This document shows positions 47,901 through 60,629 of a stretch of DNA of 64,000 nucleotides, in pieces. Positions within the stretch are counted from its first letter, which is position 1, and each line of letters begins with the position of its first letter. The notes beneath the pieces are model-generated. The model saw nothing but the letters and a program-made list of their open reading frames with translations. It had not been told where the DNA came from and made no database searches. The translations under genes and the position numbers were made by a program. This DNA comes from Kudoa neothunni (lineage: Eukaryota; Animalia; Cnidaria): NCBI GenBank assembly GCA_964304625.1, contig OZ199838.1, forward strand, positions 9,939,741 to 10,003,740, given 5' to 3'.

Positions 47901-49306
47901 TTGATCCCTTTTTTAATGGCGAACTGAACAATTTAATATCTCTTATACGGTAATCATATATATATTTTTTAAGAATTATTTATTAATTTTTACTTATTTT
48001 ATTTTAGAATGTACGGAGATATACTTTTCGAAGTTTATACATCACAGATATGTGCAATTTTTGAGAACGACCTTCGATGGCCAACGGTCTATGATGGAAG
48101 CCGACGTGATTCATTCCTTAATATATTAGCTCAACTTATGGCTATTTTAAATTGTTGTGATGTGGAACATATTTCGGTTCATCGCGATTTGGAATCTGCT
48201 GTTGACTTTTCCACGCAAAACCAGGATAAATACCTTTGTGATTTGCTTATCCTCAACTATTATCAATCAGTTGCATCTGGAATCGGTGCTAACACCATTT
48301 GGTGTTTGAACAGCTTTAAAAAGTACGTTCAGTCCGTTAAAAAGTTACTTGATAAGGTTCCAAACATTGATCAAAACCACTATGTAAAATACTCCTGTTT
48401 ATTACGCTTTATCTTTTTGATCGATCCTTACATTTCACATTCATCAAATCACAATTCCGAAGATGAAATTAAACAACTATCTTTAAAAATTATCGAGCTT
48501 TTCCCTAGCCATTATTCTTCCATACAATATCTAAACATGGTGGTGTTAAATAAAAGTTTCATAAGTCTACAAACACGAGTTTTTCTTAACAAACTTTTTT
48601 CTAAACCGTCTATTTCAACCCCCAACAAATACAGTCTATGGGATATTATGACCTCATACGAAATGTTCAACTTTTACGAGCAATTTCGTTCAATGATCTC
48701 GGTAATTACAATAATTTTCCCCAACAAATTTCTAGTTTCTATTTCTTCTTTTGCATTTTTTTAAATATCGCATTTTACAATACTAATGTATGTTAATCGT
48801 TTAGTTTGAAAATCAACACAATTCTCGGATCGTACCAGAACATTGTTTCTCGCGATCTAGTCAAGCTTATCTACTTCGATCACTTGTGGAAGGAGCGATA
48901 TCCGATGGCGAAACTGCACTAAGATTGATGCCAGCTGTATGGGAAAGGTGTCTGCACATATCGGTAATAATTTTCTACATTAATTATATTATATTTGTTA
49001 TTAAAAATAATTGAAATGTTCTCATTATCTAATATTTTTTCAATGTAAATAGTCAATTATTTCGGATCCAAAATTTTTCGAATCAATTGCTTACAGAGCC
49101 CTACAAAATTGTGGCTGGAATAGAGTAAAAAAATTTTTTTCTATTTTAATAAAAAGCAAATATCTTAGCGAATCTACACAAGTATAATCTCCTATGGTCA
49201 AATGTTTTCAATGGAATTTGTTGAAAATTTGATGAGTGAGCATGGCTTAAGAGTGAGACTCATGATAGAAGAATTCAATTTATTGCTTGAGGAAGCAGAT
49301 AACTAA
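38989..49306 (+). CDS. NRDE2: NRDE2 (nuclear exosome/MTR4 regulator, HAT repeats), ~1152 aa
   Basis: Exons 38989-39079, 39132-40250, 40305-40446, 46906-47949, 48008-48701, 48805-48963, 49053-49124, 49169-49306; all GT-AG and frame-consistent. Motifs: WLKMSSF, DPHNTELWL, VLEKALQKNPNS, YPNNIAIW, GHTEK, YRALQNC, GLRVRLMIEEFNLLL. Confidence 0.82.
43929..44114 (-). pseudogene. Merlin transposase fragment inside NRDE2 intron 3
   Basis: ETIVNWKSYIR...VQIDESNIRKRK. Confidence 0.6.
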
Positions 49307-49914
49307 ATGTATAAAATTTTTAATTATTTTAGTGAATTTTTATCCACTTTATTCAATGCGCATTAAATTTTTACGAAATCTAAATCCACGTGGTGATGAT
49401 TTGAAAACTTCTAGTATTAAGCTACATCGAAAGGTTGTTATTAAACCAACCTCCACACTACCCAGAAACTAAACCATATGTATGAAAGTTAGTCTGATAT
49501 AAACACACTAATAATGCTTCCTTAATTTACTTAATAACTAGATATACGGTCGTGCCTCGATATTGCGTCGTAGCCCAATATATCGTTAATTTTTTAATTG
49601 ATTATAAATTTAATATTAGCAATAGAATAATTTTCTTAGTAAAAAATACATTTTAAATATAAAGAACATTCAATTCTGGGAGAATCTTTTAGCTAGAGAA
49701 AAAACTTTCCAGCTAAGACATTTGTAACGAACGAAAACGTGAATGAACGAGAACTTTATTAGTGGTATAATTTAATAGCGGGTTATGCGCCAGTATCTCT
49801 GATAATAAGTGTTAAAAGGAACAATTAATCGTCAAACTGTCAACATCTAAAATTGAGGATGCCTTAAGAACTCTTAGACAACCCTTTGCAAGCCAAGATC
49901 CAGAAGGTCTGTGT

Positions 49915-50891
49915 CAATGTTTCCCAACGTGGGACGTGGAAATCTTTGAGCGTTTAATGAACGGCTCTTGTAGGACAGGGAAGATCCTGGGCATTTACGT
50001 GAAATGGATAATGGTGAGATAATTGGGAAGTGTGTCGCACATTTAAATAAATAGTACGATTTTTGATCTTGTTTATGTTTAAGCGAATGTGAATATCCTA
50101 AAACAATACAAAAGCACTGATTAATTTATGTATAAAATATAAAAACGTTTAACATGGTTTATTCTCAATAGAATCGGAGTGGTTATAATTCTAATGTTGT
50201 CGCATTTATAATCGTTATCCCCTCTTTTTTTGACTTATCCAGAAACAATGTTGATTAATTTTCAATATTAATTATTTAATTTCGGTTTATAAGCCCCAAA
50301 TACTGAAAAGTTTTTCCTGATGCTGGTTGGGTTACCACAAGTTCCATTAAATGCGGTTTTTGGCTAAATGAAGAAGTAAAAATGTTAATTTTTAAAGTCC
50401 GGCTACAGTAGGCAACCGATAATACACACTAAAAATGTGTGCTCGTTTATCATTTTTTTGTGCTTTCTTTATTTTTTAGAACAATATGAAAAAATGTTTT
50501 TATATTTTAATCTTAAAATCTTAAGTTATGTACATCTATATCATTCTTTAACTAAAATTTATTCTATTTTCATGAAATGATCATTTTTATAGATATCTCA
50601 ACACACTTTTCTATTCGTTCAAAAATTCACCCGTCAGAATTAAAATTTTACCCTCGTTTCCAACAAAAACAATTTAATCTACGTGGTTTGATCGAAAAAA
50701 TGCGTATTGTCGGTTGTGTGTAATATCGGTTGCCTACTGTATAAATTAAATTTGATCTAATCGAATACATTTAATTTTAATGTGGCATGAACCTTGATTC
50801 AAAATTTAAGCAGTTTAAGTTAAAAAATCAATATATTCGAAAAAGATGGGACGCGGAACTCATTTTCAAGAAAAAAGGTTGGGAAACATTG
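49915..50891 (+). mobile_element. Non-autonomous hAT element
   Basis: TIRs CAATGTTTCCCAAC / GTTGGGAAACATTG; 8-bp TSD GTCTGTGT / GTCTATGT. Same family as 1-370, and a similar end occurs at ~31233-31246. Confidence 0.85.
50406..50739. mobile_element. Tc1/pogo-type MITE nested in the hAT element
   Basis: TIRs CAGTAGGCAACCGATAATACACA / TGTGTAATATCGGTTGCCTACTG with TA TSD. Confidence 0.85.
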
Positions 50892-52215
50892 GTCTATGTG
50901 ATTTACATTCTGTTACAGATCGAAAATCAGCTATTTTAGAAGAAAGAGAATCGCAGATTACAATAGTGGGTATTTTCTCTAAAGATAAAATGAAAAAGAA
51001 AAAAACCTTACTACCATTATATAAATGAATTTATGTTTAAACGGGAGTTAATAAGTGGTTTATTTCATATTTAACGCCAAATTTGGATTTCCATATCTCC
51101 ATAAAAAATGTTAAGGAATGATTTCTCGTCCTTATAAACATTTTACTTTATTTTTTATATTTTTATATTTAAAATTTACGTTAATATTAAGTCTTTACAA
51201 TGCACGATTAACTTTCATGTGATATTCTAAACCATCGTTAACGAGGACCTAACAAATTTTACAAACCTATCACCATTAAAAGAGATAATATTCTTAATCA
51301 TAATATAAGTAACTTTAAAATATATTAAATTCGAAAATAATACCACCAAAAAACAACAGCTATTTAGGTGTTTCATTAAACTTTGCAGCGTCCCAACTTT
51401 TCGTTTTAATCTAATGGATGTTTCTATGATTGATCATCAAGTTTAAATTCTAAGAACAAACGTTTAGTTGCTAAATGTAAACATTACTTTTCAGACTATG
51501 GTCGGTTAGCATGATGGGAATATTTCCCTACCAAGTTTAATTGAATAAACTCACGATTAGCTCATATCCTAGCAGCATATACGCATATACCATAGAAGAT
51601 TTTGCAGACAAATTATCATCTTAAATATTTAATACGCGTAAATAAACTATTAGTAATGTCAGGAAATTCATTTTTTCAGTTAAAGCCACTGATTCTGTCC
51701 TTAATCCGTCTGATTAATTTAACTAAATGCCTACAAAAACAGTGTCTAATATTAACTACAGAAATTTGCGCTATTAACATGAAACAAGGTAATCATATCC
51801 AAACAAATTCGATGTAATGTTCAGACGTGTAAAATTTGAAAGTCGAATCTTGTTCCTACGTTATTTAATAGCTAATTATCAAACTAAATTGTACAAAAAC
51901 ATGCTTCTAGGAGTTCATTCATTGTTAACAGCAAAAATTCGCGTTTAACGACATCTTGTAAAATAATGTCGTTTTACTCAAAACTGATTCAAAAATTTCA
52001 ACTCTCGTTTTAACAACAAACCTAGTGCAAACAACTCTAAGAAGAATATGACAGTCAACGAGTCGAAACTTGCTCTAATTCGAAAAACGACAATAATAAC
52101 GACGCATAGTCATCATATTGAAATAAGTTTCCTCAACGCGTATTTCATTAACTTTTTAAGTCGCAGAAATAAGACACTTCATAAAATATATCAACAAGGT
52201 AAAGAATATAGATTG

Positions 52216-55200
52216 TTATTCAAAGACATTTTGAAAGTCGACATTCGTGTTGCCGGCGTTATCAGTCTCACTGAAATTAAGGAAATGAGCTGCTCGATGG
52301 GATTCATGATAAAATTCACGAGGATTTCCCAATTTCACGTCATATTTCATACTAACATTATGCCTTACACCCATAAAGTTGTAATTCCAACAATCTTGTG
52401 ACGGGATCATAAAGAAACCCATGTATTTATCGGAAAGTAACATTTGAACCTTTTCAAAGTGACTGTTTAAAAATCCTTTTGGATTTTGTCCAGTATCTTT
52501 GTTGTTTTTACCCCATTCGTAACCACTTGGAGTAAGTTTGTAGGACATCAAACTACAAGAACCCGGTGTAAAACTGCAAGTTATGATGATGGATTTTTCA
52601 CAATCCCAGCTGCTGTGTTCGTTCATGATTTTTGAATGCAAGGTAACGTCTTGAGGAGAGAGATAAGGAAGTTCATTAGGCTGAGTATGTATCCACCCAA
52701 GAGGTTCATAATTCTACGTTTATCAATAAACGTTAACATTCACAACATAAAAGTAGAGATCAAATATACCGATAATGCATCGTGTTTTGGTAGGTGATGA
52801 GGTAGGTGAACCACTTGATGAGTACCAAGTTGAGGCACCAAAACTATACAATGGATTTCTTTGACCTGAGGATTATCCGCCGGACTTTTGCCATAGATAT
52901 AACCAGCAATCTATTACACACAAAAACATCAGTATAACAATTCCAAGTGCAACTATCTCTAATACTTGAGTTCTCAAGTCGGATATCATTATAAACTTTT
53001 TCAATATATTTTTAGGTAGAATATAAACATAACCATTTTCCTTGATATCATCCGAGCTCACATAAATATGGTTGGTACGTAGATGTAGATTGGTTGAAGA
53101 TATAGCACGAATACGCCATTCAGTTTTGCTGGCAAATGTTTGCTTCTCATACTGACTAGTTGTGGTCACAATGATCTCATCTCCGTGAACGTTGACGGTT
53201 CTTGTGGTTGTGGCAGTCACTTGAGCCAGGTCTTTTGATTGCTTCTCAATCTCGGCAATTTGTTGACGTTGTTGCGAAGGCGCAGCAATCTCCATACCGA
53301 GAATAATGTCACGAATTTCAGTTTGAGTCAACGAAGCAACATTGACGTTATTTTTTTTGCCGTAATCAGCCATAATTAAATCTTTAAGTGCAACTTCTAC
53401 TTTTATCCATTCTTCATCGGTAAGAGTGGGCCAAATATGATGTAGTTCGGTGATGGTTGTCTTATCTGGTTTCAATATAACCTTTGTTCGGTCCGTATTC
53501 ACATGGAGAGCGCGAAGAATCAACACCAAACGTGAAAAAGCAGTATACGAAGAAATACTCTTTAACCAATCATCATAGAGATTGAACAACACCATCTGAG
53601 GTTCGGTAGCTTTGAGAATAAGATCACCCAATTTCTCCACTTTGAGGCAGGACTGGAAAGGCAACTGTAACTCGCTACCCTTGATAACAATGTTGGGGAA
53701 ATCAAGCAAATGCACTTCCAAAGGATCCAACATGCCTTTTCTAGTAACAATAATTTGTTTGGGTTGTTCTTCAACTGGTAGAGAACGAATAAGTGCAGCA
53801 ACTTCTTCGGCTGTTTTCCATTTGGCAAGTTGTCCCAAACGTTTCTGACCAGCCCAAACAGACGTGTGAATAATCTTTAAGAATAATTGGCCGGTACGAG
53901 GATTGAAAACGAAAATGGCGCCATTTATGGGTTTAGTTGTGAGATTTCCTTCAAATGTTTTGTGAATGGTTACCCGATAAACGTTGGTGTCATCCACAAA
54001 CCAAATGATTTGATTCGAAAACAATTCTCCATAATTTTGCGAAGAAAGGTATGGCTCTGTAGGTTCACTACTGTACAGTTGAAGAGCTTTTCTAATGCGT
54101 TCCCTAAGCACATACAACGCTGGATTGGCCTTCATAATTTTTGCCATTGCTTTCTGAAGCAACGGTTTCATACCAGGTATCCAATTACCGAATGCACTAT
54201 GGTGATTGTATGCCAAATCAATTCCAACCAGCACACCAGTAGGTGATGGATATATACTCATGTTGTCGGTAGTGTAATCCAAGAATTTAGCTCTACCATA
54301 TCTTTCGATATCGTGAGAATCATAATCACCCCATCTAAGTTGAACATCGATCCAATACTTTTGGCTCATACAACTATCCATTGTATCTCTAGTATCGGCA
54401 AGCAATGACGGTTTGGAAACATTCCATTTATAGGAGGCAAATAGGAGAATATCTGCACAAGAACTGTTCATTTTGTAGGATTTACGAGGATGGATAGTTT
54501 CTTTTTGTACAGTCTCAATTTCCAGCGCATCCAATTCCTGATCAAAAACTTGACAAAGATCCATAACAACAGATTCGTGAATTTTTTGCCAAAGATGGGC
54601 TCTGAAAATTTGAATCAAAGAGATTTTGAGAGTTGGAATTTTTCCGTGCATAAAGATACCAGTTAAATCTAACTGTACTTGGAAACCGACGTACACCTAA
54701 ACACATTCTTACTTTAAGAAATTTACTCACGAAAATAAATACGTTGGCACGATTAATTGTAGGTGACCACCACAAGGTGAAACGTCTGTTGGGAATTTGA
54801 TTGAGACCAGAACGCTGAGCGTTGGTGAGCTTTTTATATTTCATAGATTCTTCGAAGCCGGATGCTTTCTCCCAGAACAAACCCTCCCATGTGGGGAAAT
54901 AGGTTCCTTTGAAAAGTGTATGTTCAAGAATACCTTCAACTCCACCAAGTGCTTGGATCATATCGGTACGATAGTTGTTTAGATTCCACAATTTTCCATC
55001 GTGTCGTTGATGAGTCCACCAGAAAGGATTTTGTTTGAGTATCTGATACTGTTTGAATTCAGTGCGAACTCTCCAACCTTTGTCGTACGCAAGAGTGTGA
55101 CGATCTTTTTGGAAAAGTGTGTTGATACGAGGAATACCTCTATCCCATGAATCCTCCAAATCTTCCAGTGTAAGTCTTCTATTTTGAGCGTTGGCTTCTT

Positions 55201-58200
55201 GTCGCTTGAGAGCATATTCTGCCCAAACTCGTTGCGAATCAATAAATTCGCTCTCCCAGGGCTGGATATAACGATACAAGTTAGGAATCACCTGATCTTC
55301 ATCATGGCTCATTCCGGAACGAAAGTGAGTGATACCGGTGTCGGTTTGGCGAGACCATCTCAAATCTGACTGAGGTATAAGCACATGGCCCATTGATAAC
55401 ATACCAAGACCGCCCAACTCTTTCGGTGTATAGAAAACAACAGGAGGAAAACGAGTTGGCATTTTTGAGTTGAGGCCGATTTTAATTCTTGTTTGAATTT
55501 TGTTTTCACACTTCACCAAAAGTTCCAATAATTCTGGTGTGTTCACTACAGCCTCTCTGAAATAAGTCATAAGACCGATAAGGGCAGTGTTCCATTTGTT
55601 GACCACTTTGGTGAAGGTAGTCGAACCGGATGACATAAGAATCTGTCTAACACGATTGTGAAATTTATTTATCGATTCCACGTCAACTTTTAAGAAACAT
55701 TGAGCGGTTCTCTCTTTGGTGGCCTCTTTCTGTAGATTCCAAATACCATCCCGTTGGGAGCCTTCGTTGATGTTCTCATTGGAACGGCATTTGGGGAATA
55801 TACGACACTCAAACCCACACATACCAAAAAGTAGATTGGGATTATCGGCACTGTACACAGACACATAACTATTCTCCCAGTTGAACGATGTGAGCGACCT
55901 AGGAAGACGATTTCCTAGATCCCAAAATATAGCTCTACCCAAATTGACATCATGCTTCATGAGACGCATTCTTTGATCTCTGGGCCAACATTTTTTATTT
56001 CGATAACCAACAATATTTTCATTGTTAGGATCAGGATATTCGGTTAGGTAACGTTGAATGATATCTCTAGACTCTTCGCCGTTGAATCTTAACACGATAT
56101 ACACCTGGTCAATGTATCTTGAATAGAGACGGATTGGGTGGCTGGTCTCTACTTCAACACTGGGAAAAGTGAGATAATCGTTAGGAAGTTGGGGTGGACC
56201 GGCAATTTCGCTAGCTCGTCTCAAACCAAGCACCAACAAATCCAACATCAACCCATAATACTGCACGATAAATGATCCAAATTGTAATCCTCTGATTATG
56301 CCATAAGAGTTGGTGTGGTTCATGTCTTTGTAGTTTATGACAACGTTACTTTTGGCAGTCATATAGTCGGCAATGTTATGATCAACGATCAAACGAAGCA
56401 GTCTATTGAGGAGTGTGAGATCGATTTTTTCATACAATTTTTCGAATCCAGTTTCCACAACTACATTACATTCGCCATCTGAAGTTTCCCAAATATTGTG
56501 TAGATTGTTGACACCATGAGCCCACTTGAAAACTAACAAAGGAGGAGGCTCAGTATCTGCAGGTTTGATCCAATTAGGAAACAATCGTCGCTTCTCAGCC
56601 TCATACCACAAATATTGATCAAGATATGCGTCTGTGATTTTCTCCAGTGGCTCAATATCATAGATAGGTACTAAATGACTATACACATCCATAAATTCCA
56701 CCCCAACTTCTTTGAATGTTCGTTGTGTGAGCAGATGACGTTTTATACGAGATAGAGCTTCATGTGGATTGTCATAGGCTTGTTCGATGAGTGCTAACTC
56801 CTCGCGTTGAGATTGATTTAAACGATTTTTCACACTGTATGATTCTTTTAGGCGTTCCAGCGACAATATAAGTAGTTTGGTGTCGTGTTTGTAGGATAAT
56901 GGAGGGAATGGTATAGGTGAAAAACGTCTACTTTCTAACCAATGTACCATAGTAGTGTAGATGGCAACTGCCTCTTCTGCACTAACATACGGTCCATCTT
57001 TGAGGTAGTTGTGTTGACGTTCTTGTTCTGCTTTGAGATACAATCGAGTTAGACGACCGACATTTTTCTTACACACTGTCTTATCCACTGTGGCACCTCT
57101 TCTAATACGCTCACGATTGTAATGAGCAGAATTGGTCCACCAATCAGCTTTAGCTTTCACATAACGTAAAATCATGTTCTCAACGGGAATTGGTAAACCA
57201 GGCACTTTCCAAGCAATGTTTGCCTTCCAACAACGCCAAGCTTCCGATAAATGTTGAAGTATGATTTTGGCTTTGTTCTGTCTGATACCCTCTGGCATCA
57301 TATCAAGAATGTCGTGCATTACAGCCGCTCTCAATTCCAAATCATAATGACTTTCCACACGTTGTTTGGTGACAGTCTTGGCCACACCTTTACTGAGACG
57401 TCCTTCAAATTGTCTGGCCAACAAATTGCCCAACCAACGCTCCAACAAAGGAACAATTCCTCTCATAAAGAACAACCATACACGCCATGCTGGAGCCCAA
57501 AAACCACAACCCGGGCCTTTTCCAACAGCTCCCGTATTAAATCGATAATAGATTAAATGTTTTAAGTCTTTACACATTCTGACCTGTTTCATCAATTTGT
57601 ATTTGTAACGGTACATTCCTGTTAACTGACCAATGTGGGTGAAGATATAGTGAAGACCGTCGGCCAGCTGAAAAGCATCAACGTTTCCAAGTCGGAATTG
57701 GACATGTGCATCAACGATCAATTTGGTTAAACGCAAAATTTCTCTACAAAGATGGAACGCATTTCCGAAACGAGACTTTTTACGCTCCTTTGTAGTCAAA
57801 GTTTTGATTGGTTTGAGATTGAAATTATAATCCAAGTGCAAGTAGTTGAGACTTTTTCGGTGAATCAACAGATTGAGCATATTGTATCCTTGACGACAAA
57901 CTTGAAGACCAGCTTCGACCCAATCCAAAGTAGTGGGTTGGAAAAACTTGGTCGATTTGAAGGAATTGAACAATTTTCTACAATCGAAATCCAATAATAA
58001 CTCATCAAACCAACCCAACTAGCATTAATCAAAATTACCTTTTTTTCATAGATTTTGGTGGACTATGATGAAGCGCATTCAACACAAAATATTTCAACAG
58101 TTTCTGGTAAGACACTCTAACTTTGACAGGCATACCAGCAGGACAATGTTCACGATACCTACATAATATAACCATTCATATTTTAATTATATATAATAAT

Positions 58201-60454
58201 GGAATATAAAAAGCTGTAGCAACATGACTTTAAAATCAAAATTAATGATCCATTAACAAGTCACGTGCAACTTTGATATAGCACGAACACGAACTTTAAC
58301 TCACTGAGTTAGAGTAGATACTGCCGTGCGCAAATTGAAAAATTAAAAATAAAGTATACCATGATTTCACCAACGGTACATCCAAAGCTCTTCTTGTGAA
58401 ACCAGCCCTCATATTGAATGGGCGTTGACTCCAAAAAAGATTTAAACCTGAAAATACGTTTCCTAATTAAGATAATCAAATAAAATTCACTACCATTAGC
58501 TGTATTGTCAGTGTACAAAGGAACCTCTTCCAATAATGGTTTCACGCGCTCAGGAAGAGTAAACTCATCACCGTATTCATCCTCATCAAACGATGGTTCG
58601 CTGATCTAAATATGTTGTTACTCTTATGACTCAAAAATTTCAACAATTTAGATTCAAAATAATTGAAAGTTCAAAATAAAGTTAATCTGGATTAATTTTG
58701 AATATAAATGTTCACTATTAGATACTACTACTAAGATGTTGTTGGAACACATTTCATCGTGTACATCTATAAAATAAAAATTGTGTTGACATATTTCGTA
58801 GGCACTGGCTATTGACACAGACGTTTTTAATCCCTTAACCCTTATTTATGGTTGATCTTTGAAGCTTATTTTATTGAATCTGTTGTACTTAATTATTTTT
58901 TGTCATTATTATCCGTATTGATAGTCACTTCCTATTCTCTCACAATTAAATATTGAGTTTCTAAGAAATGAGAATAACTGTATACAATTTTTTAATATGT
59001 CGCCGTTATTTATTCTAAAACAAAAAATCGAAGATAATTAAGTTGAAATTAGGTTATTACATCTTATGTCAGAACACAGTGGTGAAGATTAGGAAACAAT
59101 ACAACATTAATGGCTTCAATACTCGAGAATAATAAAACTGGCGCGAACATAATCCGAATAACTGATCTTCTGTTACAATATAAAACAATTTAGCTCACTT
59201 TTAAGACATTTCTTTGTGAAATTGGATTAATAAGTGGATCAAAATAAAAGGCGGGCAAATCAGGGTCTTCAGTCTTAATAAAAATAACCAGTGGAACGTG
59301 ATATCTAAAAAAAATATATTAACAACGTTAATAATAATCATTTAACCTATTGGTTAACTAATCTCAATTAAAGCAATAGAACATTACTTGCACAGGTGAA
59401 CAAATTCTGTCATACTGTTGTAAAGAAAAGGAAACGCGATACGATATTCTGTACGTATAGGTTGTCTTATAATAATCTTATTGATGTCGTTAAATTCATT
59501 CCAATCTTCGTCAGCATAAGCATTCTCTTTGACCAATGGTTCAAATTTTGGGCCACCTGGTATTGCCACATTTAAGGCTTTTGCGGTAAAAAACGAAGGC
59601 AGATTGAATAGGTAGTAATAGTTGTCATCCATTAAATCGGTCATAACTTGATTTCCAAGACGGTGCAAACAAGACATCACATCCAAGGGAAACTTCCATT
59701 TACGAAAAGTAGATCCATTAACGAATCTAATTGTCGAGAATGTTGATATTTTAAACTCTAACAAAAATCATATAAACAAATTACTTCCCATCATCAACCA
59801 ATATTCTCTTGTTATAAAACCAATCCAACACTGGCTTATCCTCATCCATGTCTAGTTCCATTTGTATCGGATCGAGCGGTTGTACATCAAGAATGTTATC
59901 TGCGTAGTCAAGAGGAGGCTCTTCATCATCGAATGGAGGGAAACGCATTCGCTTGAAATGTCTACGATCTCTTTTCTCCCTTCTCATCATAATCCACATT
60001 GTACCCCATTGGGCGATGTATTGTGGTTCGATAACCCAAGGAATCTCGTTTACGAAAGTAATCGCTCCTGTTATATGATACAAAACTTTACAGTATTTAA
60101 TTTGTTCCCATGGCATCGGAATATTCTCCAAAAGTTTCAGCACGGCATGTGGTATGTATTTGAGAGCTCCCAGATAAACCCTCTTGTCATGTCTATATTT
60201 CTTTGATGTCATATCTCCATGATCACGGATGATTTTTCGAAGATGCTCAGGAGGCATATCTTCTTTCTGGATCTCTCCATATCCAAACTTTTTTTTATCA
60301 GCATAGCGTTTGCCTTGTAAAAGCTTCCATTTTCGAGCTATTAGGTTGTTTAAATACTTATCCAACTCATTTTTTAAATGATTATAACAAAATACATACC
60401 CTTCTCGCTTAAATATTCGTCGTATTGGGAAGACGTACCAACATCTGTCGCCAT
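52216..60454 (-). CDS. PRPF8: Pre-mRNA splicing factor 8, ~2325 aa
   Basis: Exons 60454-60400, 60337-59785, 59726-59388, 59304-59199, 58605-58494, 58447-58360, 58158-58039, 57977-54743, 54696-52966, 52910-52770, 52713-52216 (6978 nt, ten GT-AG introns). Near-invariant PRP8 motifs throughout, e.g. [31 protein letters not shown]. Confidence 0.98.
58212..58330 (-). ncRNA. Intronic box H/ACA snoRNA (PRP8 intron 6)
   Basis: Hairpin-H box (ATATCA, 58279-58274)-hairpin-ACA followed by 3 nt (ACAgct). The 5' hairpin has a bipartite pocket CAGTATCT / TCGTGT(T). ~119 nt, sense to the host gene. Confidence 0.72.
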
Positions 60455-60629
60455 TAGACTGCGCTTGCTCACTGACCTTTCATATCGCGTGACTAATCTT
60501 TTTCGGAGAAATTGATATATTATAGAAGTGCAATATAGTTTTTCTTATTAAAAATTGGTCAAAATGTATTTGTTAGTTTGTAATTTTTAATTTGTAAGTT
60601 ACCATTAACGAACTAAAAAAAGCAGCACG

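Noticed and set aside
49536-49580. Helitron 3' end (CTAG with hairpin) on the minus strand
   Set aside because: The hairpin is poor; the sequence fits a lone pogo-type TIR remnant (TA-CGGTCGTGCCTCGATATTGCG) equally well.
54830-54900. PRP8 intein
   Set aside because: The canonical insertion site [11 protein letters not shown] is uninterrupted, and the spliced length (~2325 aa) leaves no room for one.
52048-60206. Plus-strand and alternative-frame ORFs overlapping PRP8 (e.g. 53887-54246, 59862-60206)
   Set aside because: Shadow ORFs of a long coding sequence with no recognisable motifs.
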